Shown here in pieces: positions 6,314 through 14,307 of a DNA stretch of 64,000 nt. The stretch spans positions 19,509 through 83,508 of the forward strand of contig JACRMT010000023.1 in the NCBI GenBank assembly GCA_016214855.1, written 5' to 3'. Position numbers and translations under genes: made by a program. This stretch comes from Nitrospirota bacterium (lineage in GTDB: Bacteria > Nitrospirota > Thermodesulfovibrionia > Thermodesulfovibrionales > UBA6898). How positions within the stretch are numbered: the first letter of the stretch is position 1; every line of letters starts with the position of its first letter. The notes beneath the pieces are model-generated. The model ran no database searches. It worked only from the letters and a program-made list of their open reading frames with translations, and had not been told where the DNA came from.

Positions 6314-8770
6314 ATGATCGAGCTCATCATAGACGACAAGAAAGTATCTGTTGAGGAAAATACAACCATTCTCGCGGCGGCAAAAAAGATCGGCATCAAT
6401 ATACCGAATATGTGCTATGACAAGAGACTCAGACCCTACGGCGGATGCAGGATCTGTGTTGTCGAACAGGAGGGCAATCCGAGGCTGCTCGCATCATGCT
6501 CTACACCGGCAGCAGCGGGCATGGTAATAAAGACCGATACGCCGAAGCTCAGGAAAGTACGGCAGACCGTCCTCGAACTCATGCTCGTACATCATCCTCT
6601 TGACTGCCCGATCTGCGATAAGGCAGGTGAATGCGATCTCCAGGATATGGCTTTTCAGTATGGCAAGCCTGAGGGCCGGTTCATCAGACACAGAAAGGCC
6701 ATGCCTTCTGATGTGAGGGGCCCGCTTGTTGAGCTCACGGCAAACCGGTGTATCCTCTGCGGCAAGTGCGTAAGAATATGTTCCGAGCACCAGGGACGAG
6801 GCGCTCTCGGCTTTATCGGCAGGGGATTCCCTACGGTCGTCCAGCCTGCATTCGGAGAGATCCTTGAATGCGACTACTGCGGCCAATGCATTGACATCTG
6901 CCCCACTGGCGCTCTCCTGAGCAAGCCTATGAAGTTCCAGGCACGTGCCTGGTTCCTCGAAGAAAAAGACACGATATGCCCTTTCTGCGGCTGTGGCTGC
7001 ACACTAACCATAGGAACGCGGGAAGGCAAGATCCTGAGATCTCGGGCAAAAGAGGACAATGGGAGAAGCGAGGGCAATCTCTGCGGCAGGGGAAGGTTCG
7101 GCGTTGATTACATATACAGCGAGAACCGGCTTAAGACTCCTCTCATCAGGAAAGAGGGAGAACTTGTTGCGGTAACATGGGATGAGGCCCTGAAGCATGC
7201 AGGCGACAGCCTGATCCGCATTATCACTGCCCAGGGAAGAGATGCGGTAGGTGCGATCGGCTCTCACCGGTGCTCTAATGAGGACAACTATATGCTCAAG
7301 AAGTTCATGAGCACTGTTGTCGGCTCAGGCAATATTGACTCGTCCGCAGCCTTCGGATACCGGAGAGTCCAGAAAGCCCTGAACATGGCCTTCGGCTCAA
7401 AGTCTCACACGATTGACATGAAATATCCTATAGGGAAAGATGTCATAATGGTTATCGAATCTGACATAAGTGCTACTCACCCGGTGTTTGGCCTGAACAT
7501 ACTGAGAGCAAAGCGTGAAGGCTCAAAACTGATCGTAGCAGATGCCCGGGAAACAAAACTGACCCGCCACAGCAGTTCTCATCTCAGGATGGAAAGCGGC
7601 ACTTCAGTGGCTTTCATAAACGGCCTGATAAAGGTCATCATTGACAAGAACCTTTTCGAAAGGGCAGTGGTCTCAAAAATTGAAGGCTTCGAGGCCTTTG
7701 AAAAAAGTCTTGATGCTTTTACCCCTGACAAGGTCTCAAAGATAACGCAGATCTCTGAAGCAGAGATCGTAGGAACAGCCGAATTACTTGCAAAGGCAAA
7801 AAGCCGCATGATCTCCTTCACCATCAATGCGTCTGAAAATACCAAGGGAATGGACATGGTGCTTGCAGCAGCAAACCTTATAATCCTCCTTGGCGATAAA
7901 CCCGATGCACTCCAGATACCAGCGGAATACGCAAACACTCTCGGCATGGAAAAAATGGCTTTGCACCCGGAGGCAGCGGCGAAAAATATCTTCAATATGC
8001 TTTATGAACAGGGCGCGGTCAAGGGACTATTCATCATGGGTGAAGATCCGGTATCCGCATATCCGTTCAGCTCAAAGATCCTGTCTGTGCTCAAGGCCCT
8101 GGACCTGCTGATCGTGCAGGACATTGCGCTCACCGAGACCGCAAAGCTTGCCCATGTTGTGCTTCCGGCTGCAGGCTGGTCAGAGAAGGATGGGACATTT
8201 ATAAATGCTGAAGGTATCAGCCAGAAACTCCAGAGGATCATTGAGTCGCCGGGCCAGGCCATGCCGGACTGGCAGATATTGAGAAACCTTGCTCTTGCCA
8301 TGGGCAAAGAGATAGGCACGCGAAGCGTTGAGGGGCTGTCTGAAGAGATAAAGAAAACAGTACATGATGAGAAGGATCCGGCTGACAAAAGGACCTTTCA
8401 TGCAGTGCCGTATTCTGCGGGAGAGGCCCCGTCTGCCGAATATCCTCTGGCACTGGTAGTCCGGGATGTGCTTCAGCATTCTGGCAGCATGTCGACACGA
8501 TCCAAGTCCCTCGATCTTGTCGTTTCCGAGGCTTATCTTGAACTCAATGAAGAAGATGCGACCAAACTCGGTGTGTCGGATAACAGTCATGTGAAGGTTT
8601 CCTCAAGGAGGGGCACGATCTATCTGAAAGCCAAGGTGACAGACTCCGTGCCTGCCGGCACTGTTTTTTCGTCAACACATTTTCCGCACGGCCGCGTAAA
8701 CACCCTACTCTATTATCCGGAAAATGGAACGGCCTGTTCCTGCGCCGTAAATGTAGAGTCTACTAAATAG
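6314..8770 (+). CDS. NuoG-like Fe-S subunit with a molybdopterin-oxidoreductase-fold C-terminal domain and no recognisable catalytic Cys/Sec
   Basis: The N-terminal 2Fe-2S motif is CYDKRLRPYGGCRIC..SC. The other motifs are HPLDCPICDKAGECDLQ, CILCGKCVRIC/CGQCIDICP, and the 4Fe-4S motif CPFCGCGCTL...LCGRGR. The gene starts one base after the NuoF-like stop. Confidence 0.85.
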   Translation: MIELIIDDKKVSVEENTTILAAAKKIGINIPNMCYDKRLRPYGGCRICVVEQEGNPRLLASCSTPAAAGMVIKTDTPKLRKVRQTVLELMLVHHPLDCPICDKAGECDLQDMAFQYGKPEGRFIRHRKAMPSDVRGPLVELTANRCILCGKCVRICSEHQGRGALGFIGRGFPTVVQPAFGEILECDYCGQCIDICPTGALLSKPMKFQARAWFLEEKDTICPFCGCGCTLTIGTREGKILRSRAKEDNGRSEGNLCGRGRFGVDYIYSENRLKTPLIRKEGELVAVTWDEALKHAGDSLIRIITAQGRDAVGAIGSHRCSNEDNYMLKKFMSTVVGSGNIDSSAAFGYRRVQKALNMAFGSKSHTIDMKYPIGKDVIMVIESDISATHPVFGLNILRAKREGSKLIVADARETKLTRHSSSHLRMESGTSVAFINGLIKVIIDKNLFERAVVSKIEGFEAFEKSLDAFTPDKVSKITQISEAEIVGTAELLAKAKSRMISFTINASENTKGMDMVLAAANLIILLGDKPDALQIPAEYANTLGMEKMALHPEAAAKNIFNMLYEQGAVKGLFIMGEDPVSAYPFSSKILSVLKALDLLIVQDIALTETAKLAHVVLPAAGWSEKDGTFINAEGISQKLQRIIESPGQAMPDWQILRNLALAMGKEIGTRSVEGLSEEIKKTVHDEKDPADKRTFHAVPYSAGEAPSAEYPLALVVRDVLQHSGSMSTRSKSLDLVVSEAYLELNEEDATKLGVSDNSHVKVSSRRGTIYLKAKVTDSVPAGTVFSSTHFPHGRVNTLLYYPENGTACSCAVNVESTK

Positions 8771-8796
8771 AGCGGACAGACAATCATCTGTCCGCT
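8771..8796 (+). terminator. Candidate stem-loop terminator after the NuoG-like gene
   Basis: AGCGGACAGA-caatca-TCTGTCCGCT is a perfect 10-bp stem beginning 1 nt after the stop codon. There is no clear U-tract, so termination is uncertain. Confidence 0.45.
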
Positions 8797-8934
8797 CTAT
8801 AGTGCTGCCGACATGATCAGTCTATTCTGCACATCAGACATCCCGGATCTTTTTCACGAGCGCAGACCCTGCGGGATTATAGGCATGACCTGCCGCTGTG
8901 GTAATATATAAGCATTCGCAATTACGGGGGAATT

Positions 8935-9303
8935 ATGACTGAAAAATGGTCTGATGAACTGCCAGATGACGCTTTTTTATCGCAGGCTGAAAAAACATAT
9001 ATGCATGCCCTGGCAAAAATACGCGAGGGTCTGGCAAAGGGTTTTGATTTCGTCAGCGCAAGCGCATCAGTCAATATCGATGACCCGTCCCTCAAGCAGA
9101 TTGTGCTTGATGACGTGCTGAAGGTGATCATTGCCGAAGACCATTTTATAAGGCAGATCCCTCTTGAAGAGATCAGCCGGAAATTAACTATGCCCATCGA
9201 TCGTCTTGAAAAGGCCCGCGCAGAGATGCTTGAAGACGTGGAAGAGACCACGATCAAGGCCATGGAAAAGATATCGAAAAAGGAACAGAACACTAACCAC
9301 TAA
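8935..9303 (+). CDS. Hypothetical acidic protein (122 aa)
   Basis: The ORF has an upstream GGGGGAAT RBS-like element. Its stop overlaps the start of the next gene (TAATG). No family recognised. Confidence 0.5.
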   Translation: MTEKWSDELPDDAFLSQAEKTYMHALAKIREGLAKGFDFVSASASVNIDDPSLKQIVLDDVLKVIIAEDHFIRQIPLEEISRKLTMPIDRLEKARAEMLEDVEETTIKAMEKISKKEQNTNH

Positions 9304-10190
9304 TGCCCCCTCAGTTCGTGAAGATGATTGTCTTATTGTTATCTCTACTTCTCCTGCCCGGCATGTCATCGGCGAGCATGATCATCGGCGGCGATACGGT
9401 CTACACAGTAAAAAAGGGGGACACCATCGAGCTTGTTGGAGCTCGCACAGGTGTGTACTGGTGGAAGATCGCCAAGGATAATAATATTGATACAAAAAAA
9501 CGCCTCCAGCCCGGACAGGAACTGAAGATCAATACACGAAAGATCGTTCCGATAGCAATGGACAACGGCATTATCATCAACATCCCGGACAGAACGCTTT
9601 ATTCTTTCAAGAACAGTCAGCTTGTAAGGTCCTTTCCCGTTGGGATGGGTCTTCTTACGTCCAAAACATCTTCAAGCTGGAAAACGCCAATCGGAAAGTT
9701 CAGGGTGATCGCAAAAGAGAAAGACCCGACGTGGCATGTGCCCCCTTCTATACAGGAAGAAATGGAACTTGAAGGCAAAGAGGTCATAACCTCAATCCCG
9801 CCCGGGCCGGACAATCCACTTGGGAAATATGCGATAAAGACCACTCTTCCAGGTATTATGATCCACGCCACGATCAAGCCGGCATCCGTCAACCAGTACA
9901 GAAGCCACGGCTGTATCCGCGTACTTTCCGAAAACATGGAAAAATTCTTCGAAGAAGTTGAGCCGAATGCATCGGGTGAGTTATTATATATGCCTGTCAA
10001 AGCAGCTGTCTCTGACAAGGGGCGGATCTTCCTCGAAGTTCACAAGGATTTCTACGGCAGGATCAAAAACATGAAGGAAGAGACAAAGAGACAACTGGAA
10101 AAAACCGGTGTTGTACATAAGGTTGACTGGCAAAAAGCTGAAAAGGTCCTGAAAGAACGTTCAGGCATTGCCGAGGATGTAACACTATGA
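9303..10190 (+). CDS. LysM domain-containing L,D-transpeptidase (YkuD/ErfK family)
   Basis: It has a signal peptide. The LysM-like segment is YTVKKGDTIELVG...LQPGQELKI. The YkuD catalytic motif is SHGCIRV. Confidence 0.85.
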   Translation: MPPQFVKMIVLLLSLLLLPGMSSASMIIGGDTVYTVKKGDTIELVGARTGVYWWKIAKDNNIDTKKRLQPGQELKINTRKIVPIAMDNGIIINIPDRTLYSFKNSQLVRSFPVGMGLLTSKTSSSWKTPIGKFRVIAKEKDPTWHVPPSIQEEMELEGKEVITSIPPGPDNPLGKYAIKTTLPGIMIHATIKPASVNQYRSHGCIRVLSENMEKFFEEVEPNASGELLYMPVKAAVSDKGRIFLEVHKDFYGRIKNMKEETKRQLEKTGVVHKVDWQKAEKVLKERSGIAEDVTL

Positions 10191-10708
10191 TATCAAGAAG
10201 GACGTTTATACAGGGGTTGGCCGTTGCTGCTGTTCTCTTGCCCTATACAAAGGCATTTGGGAGCACTCCATCGGAAAGGACATTAAGTCTTTATAATGTT
10301 CATACGGACGAGAGTCTCGACGTCACATACTTTTCTGACGGATCATATGACTATGAAGCTCTCGCCAGGATCAATCATCTTATGCGATGCCACCATGCAG
10401 ATGAGGTTAAACCGATCGATACAGGGGTCCTGGATCTGCTGTGCGATATTAAGGACCGGCTCCATAAGGACCGGCGCATTGAGATCGTATCCGGGTACCG
10501 TTCGGCTGAATATAATGAATATCTGAGGACCAGAAGCAGAAAGGTCGCGCGCGACAGTTATCATATGCAGGGGTTGGCAATTGATTTTACTGTCAGCGGG
10601 ATGAGCAAAAAAACTCTCTCAGGGATCGCCAAATCTTTTTATGCAGGCGGCGTGGGAAAATACCGGCAGTTTGTTCATATTGATGTCGGGCCGGTCAGAT
10701 ACTGGTAA
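10187..10708 (+). CDS. DUF882 / peptidase M15A family protein (YcbK/MepK-like murein endopeptidase) with a Tat-type signal
   Basis: The N-terminus is MISRRTFIQGLAVAAV. The motifs SGYRSAEYN...SYHMQGLAIDF...FVHIDVGPVRYW are present. The start overlaps the upstream stop (ATGA). Confidence 0.8.
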   Translation: MISRRTFIQGLAVAAVLLPYTKAFGSTPSERTLSLYNVHTDESLDVTYFSDGSYDYEALARINHLMRCHHADEVKPIDTGVLDLLCDIKDRLHKDRRIEIVSGYRSAEYNEYLRTRSRKVARDSYHMQGLAIDFTVSGMSKKTLSGIAKSFYAGGVGKYRQFVHIDVGPVRYW

Positions 10709-10731
10709 ACTTTTTTATTGAAGGAACAGAC

Positions 10732-11388
10732 ATGGGAAAAGAAGCAAAACAGCTGAAGGAACTTTTTAACGATATCGTTGAGTATGTGCGGGTCAATCAT
10801 ACGGAAGGCATAGACAAGGCGTACAGTTATTTCTGGGATGGGGAAACTCCTGACGAGTTTTTGGGCGGCAGCGCACTGACGCTCGGTTTTCACAATTTTG
10901 AAGACTGGATGATATTTGATCATAAGGTCAATGAAGAAGGCGATACCTATATAGACTTTTTCATAAGTGATAACAAAGATCTTGACGACCAGGCGGTCGC
11001 ACTTCTCCGCAGATCAAAAGATTCTGTCATAAGCCTCTTTGAGGTCACCTCTGTGGCTAAGGATAAGAGGGTCCTGCTTAAAGACATCCTTCTTGACAGG
11101 GATGCTGAACTGAGAGAGAAATATCTCACGCAAAGCCTCAAAAAAGGCGACCTGTTTGCAACGCGGCTTTTCAAGCTCGACAACGTCGATGTTTTAAGCG
11201 CCTGTGTCTATCCCTATAACCGTAGCCAGAAAAAAAAGGTCCTTGCCAATATCGATAAACAGTTCAAGCGCTATATCAGAAATGTGAAGCAGGACGGCAC
11301 CATGCATGACTATCTCAAGGATTATGGTGATGTCTTTAATCTGATATGGATGAGTTTCATCATCGAGCCTCCGAAAAAAACTGCATAG
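10732..11388 (+). CDS. Hypothetical protein (218 aa)
   Basis: This long ORF follows the ldt/mepK pair after a 23-nt gap with the RBS GAAGGAA. No family recognised. Confidence 0.5.
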   Translation: MGKEAKQLKELFNDIVEYVRVNHTEGIDKAYSYFWDGETPDEFLGGSALTLGFHNFEDWMIFDHKVNEEGDTYIDFFISDNKDLDDQAVALLRRSKDSVISLFEVTSVAKDKRVLLKDILLDRDAELREKYLTQSLKKGDLFATRLFKLDNVDVLSACVYPYNRSQKKKVLANIDKQFKRYIRNVKQDGTMHDYLKDYGDVFNLIWMSFIIEPPKKTA

Positions 11389-11460
11389 CGTTTTCGATCT
11401 GCTCGCCGTCTTCTCCCGCAGAAAAATCTCGGGACATTCTCAGCAATTTTCTGATACATT

Positions 11461-12216
11461 ATGGTTATGACGAATTGCGATCAGGCATCCATAAGAACAG
11501 CCGGACTTATCATCATCGGCAATGAGATCCTGTCAGGAAAAACTCAGGACCAGAACTCCTTCTTCCTTGCGGCCGAACTCCGATCCCTTGGTGTAAGCCT
11601 CATCCGCATATCCGTGATACCCGATGACCTTGAGATGATCAGCAGAGAGGCCGCTCTCTTTTCAAAGGCCTTTGATCTCGTTTTTACTACCGGCGGAGTT
11701 GGACCGACGCATGATGACATCACCATGTCGGGCATTGCAAGGGCCTTCGGCGTTCAGCTCGTGCGGAATCCTGTTCTTGAAAAAGCATTTCACAGGCGGT
11801 ATGGGGAAGCGGCAAATGATGCTATTATGAAGATGGCCGAAGTGCCGGAAGGTGCTGAAGTCATGGAGTTTACTACCAATAATTTTCCGCTGGTAGCCTT
11901 CAGGAATATCTATATTTTCCCTGGTATTCCGCGCTATCTGCAGGAGAAGTTCACCCTTGTCAAGGAGAGGTTCAGAACATCAGCTTTTTTCCTGAAACGG
12001 ATCTATCTCAGGGCGAACGAGGCAGACATTGCTGCCATCCTTAACACGGTAGTTGAAAAAAATGCCTGCGTTACATTCGGCTCCTATCCCATCATCGGCA
12101 ATGACGATTATCAGATCATTGTGACTGCAGAGTCAAAAATAGAAGCTGACCTTAAAAGCGCCCTGGAGGAACTCCTTCAGAAACTCCCAGGCGAAATCAT
12201 CGTAAAAGTAGGCTGA
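11461..12216 (+). CDS. Molybdopterin-binding (MoCF/CinA N-terminal-like) domain protein
   Basis: GLIIIGNEILSGKTQDQNS...VFTTGGVGPTHDDIT is typical of the CinA/MoaB/MogA-fold family. Confidence 0.7.
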   Translation: MVMTNCDQASIRTAGLIIIGNEILSGKTQDQNSFFLAAELRSLGVSLIRISVIPDDLEMISREAALFSKAFDLVFTTGGVGPTHDDITMSGIARAFGVQLVRNPVLEKAFHRRYGEAANDAIMKMAEVPEGAEVMEFTTNNFPLVAFRNIYIFPGIPRYLQEKFTLVKERFRTSAFFLKRIYLRANEADIAAILNTVVEKNACVTFGSYPIIGNDDYQIIVTAESKIEADLKSALEELLQKLPGEIIVKVG

Positions 12217-12217
12217 T

Positions 12218-12248
12218 GAAGGACCGGGGCCATCTGCCCCGGTCCTTC
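12218..12248. terminator. Bidirectional stem-loop between convergent genes
   Basis: GAAGGACCGGGGC-catct-GCCCCGGTCCTTC is a perfect 13-bp GC-rich stem located between the stops at 12216 (+) and 12277 (-). Confidence 0.6.
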
Positions 12249-12276
12249 GTTGTATGAGCGTTGGCGGACACCAAAC

Positions 12277-12768
12277 TTATGCGGTCTGAAGCTTCGGGAT
12301 CATCGGTGCCATACCTTCCTGTTTGATGTCTCCTTTTATCCCAATGATCGTTTCGCTGTACGGAATATCTTTTCCTGAGTTCTTGATAGCCTGCTGGGTA
12401 ATATACGCAAGGCCTCCGCAGCAGGGGACTTCCATGCGGACAACACTTACGCTTTTGATCGAGAACTGCTTGAACATCTCGGTCAGGGTCTGAAAATACT
12501 CCTGCGCGTTATCGAGTTTCGGGCATCCGATGATAACCTTTTTCCCCTTGATGAATCTGCTGTGAAAACCAACTGCCGAGAATGCCGTACAGTCGGCGGC
12601 AAGCAGGATGTCAGCATCATTGAGATAGGGTGCTCCCGTCCCTATCAACTTCAGCTGAATAGGCCAGTTCTGAAGCTCAGGACACTCGTCCCCTGCCGTT
12701 GCTGCTGCAGTCTGCTTCTCTGAAAAGTTCACCGGTTTCATACTTGAACATCCGCATCCTTCTGACAT
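12277..12768 (-). CDS. Cys-rich protein of unknown function (probable Fe-S or metal-binding protein)
   Basis: 163 aa with a strong RBS (AAGGAGG). The Cys motifs are CGCSS at the N-terminus, LAADCTAF, IGCPKLD and MEVPCCGGL. I recall this C-terminal module from ferredoxin-domain proteins of anaerobes. Its function is not established. Confidence 0.6.
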   Translation of the reverse strand: MSEGCGCSSMKPVNFSEKQTAAATAGDECPELQNWPIQLKLIGTGAPYLNDADILLAADCTAFSAVGFHSRFIKGKKVIIGCPKLDNAQEYFQTLTEMFKQFSIKSVSVVRMEVPCCGGLAYITQQAIKNSGKDIPYSETIIGIKGDIKQEGMAPMIPKLQTA

Positions 12769-12824
12769 TGTGTTGCCTCCTTTATATTGTTATCTGCCAT
12801 TGCATTGGTCTGGCTTATGGTTAG

Positions 12825-12867
12825 AGTATAAAACAGCCGGTTGAAGTTCGCTATGATTTAAATCATC
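12825..12867 (-). promoter_or_regulatory. Candidate class II CRP/FNR-type promoter for the Cys-rich gene
   Basis: Read on the minus strand: GATGAT-TTAA-ATCATA, then exactly 21 nt, then TATACT. The geometry is the same as the boxes at 56136 and 58498. Confidence 0.55.
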
Positions 12868-12936
12868 CTGCCGATAGCTCAGAAGACAGTAATTATCACA
12901 AGCCGCATACGTTCTCTATTTCTTGGGACTTTGAAA

Positions 12937-14307
12937 TTACATTAAGTCCGCGTGATATTTCTTCAGCTTTCGCTTCAGGGTGGAGAGGGATACGCCGACA
13001 GCTCGTGCTGCCCTGCTGTAATTGCCTGCATGCTCTGCAAAGGCAGAAAGAATGTGATTTTTCTCAACATCATCAAGAGTTACAGATGGGCCTGTTGCAG
13101 GTTTCTGCTCCGTCGTCCTCAACGGCTGTTGCGCCCTCTTTACCGCGACGGCAAGAAGCTCAGCCGGCTGCAGCACTGATCCCTGCTGCAGGATAACAGC
13201 CCGTTCGAGCACATTTCTCAGCTCCCTCACATTGCCGGGCCAGTCGTACTGCATCATCTTTTCGATCTGACCGTCTGCAAGTCTGAGATGTCTTCCTTTT
13301 GCAACTTTAGTTACAAGGACATCACAAAGCGCCGGGATATCATCTCTTCTTTCCCGTAATGGCGGCAGATGCATCTTTATGACACCAAGACGGTAATAGA
13401 GGTCCTCCCTGAATGTTCTGGCCCTTATGGCCTTTTCAACGTCAACGCTTGTGGCAGCAATGACCCTGACCCGTGCATGGAGCAGCGCTGTGCCCCCGAG
13501 CCTGCGGTATGTCCCGTCATCAAGAACACCCAGCAGCTTTGCCTGAAGCGCTATCGGCATCTCACCGATCTCATCAAGAAAGATCGTGCCTCCCTCTGCC
13601 ATCTCGAACATGCCTTTTTTCATGGCAACGGCGCCGGTGAAAGCTCCTTTTTCATAACCAAAGAGCTCAGCCTCGATCAGGCTTTCAGGGAGCGCTGCGC
13701 AGTTGATGCTGATGAACGGGCTATGCCTGAACTGGCCACCGTAATGGATCGAGCGCGCAGCAACGTTCTTGCCCGATCCGGTTTCGCCAGTGATCAGGAC
13801 AGGAGCATCTGCATTGGCAGCAAGGCTGATAAGCCGGTGGATATCTGCTATGCCCCTGCTCTCTCCCACAAATACATGTTCTTCCCGTTCCCTGTCTGAC
13901 CGGTAGTTCTGGAACTGCTCAACCTTCTCAAGATCACCGGTCCTGAGTGCCCGGGTTATGGCAAGTCCAAGTTCTTCAAGCTCAAAGGGTTTTGAGAGAT
14001 AGTCGAAGGCCCCTGCCCTGACCGCTTTTACGGCATTGTCAAAGCTCGGAAAGGCAGTGGTGAAGATGATCTTCGTCTGGCCGTTAAAATCCAGAATTGC
14101 CGGACAGAGAGTATGGCCTTCGCCATCAGGCAGCTGCTGGTCAAGGAGCAGGACATCAATCTGCTTTTTTGAACAGATATCAAGACACTCTTCAGCGGTG
14201 TGCGCGACAGGGGCCTCTGTGTCGTCTGCCTTTACATACTCCTGGACCGACGCACAGAAATTTCTGTCGTCATCAACGACCAGAATGCTCCTCTTTATTT
14301 TATGCAT
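12937..14307 (-). CDS. Sigma-54-dependent response regulator (NtrC family: REC + AAA+ + Fis-type HTH)
   Basis: The REC reads LVVDDD...LLLDQQLPDGEG. Walker A is GETGSGK, and GAFTGA and ELFGYEKGAFTGA are present. The C-terminal HTH reads GNYSRAARAVGVSLSTLKRKLKK. Confidence 0.9.
   Translation of the reverse strand: MHKIKRSILVVDDDRNFCASVQEYVKADDTEAPVAHTAEECLDICSKKQIDVLLLDQQLPDGEGHTLCPAILDFNGQTKIIFTTAFPSFDNAVKAVRAGAFDYLSKPFELEELGLAITRALRTGDLEKVEQFQNYRSDREREEHVFVGESRGIADIHRLISLAANADAPVLITGETGSGKNVAARSIHYGGQFRHSPFISINCAALPESLIEAELFGYEKGAFTGAVAMKKGMFEMAEGGTIFLDEIGEMPIALQAKLLGVLDDGTYRRLGGTALLHARVRVIAATSVDVEKAIRARTFREDLYYRLGVIKMHLPPLRERRDDIPALCDVLVTKVAKGRHLRLADGQIEKMMQYDWPGNVRELRNVLERAVILQQGSVLQPAELLAVAVKRAQQPLRTTEQKPATGPSVTLDDVEKNHILSAFAEHAGNYSRAARAVGVSLSTLKRKLKKYHADLM

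Noticed and set aside
6314-8770. A formate dehydrogenase or selenoprotein interpretation of the NuoG-like gene.
   Set aside because: There is no in-frame TGA, and no Cys-His at the position equivalent to the FDH active site (the sequence reads GNIDSSAAFGYR).
12769-12936. A sigma-54 promoter for the Cys-rich gene, expected because an NtrC-type activator is encoded just upstream. A TGGCAC at 16730-16735 upstream of the HicB-like ORF was also considered.
   Set aside because: TGGCAG at the first site and TGGCAC at the second lack a GC/TTGC element at the required 10-11 nt spacing.
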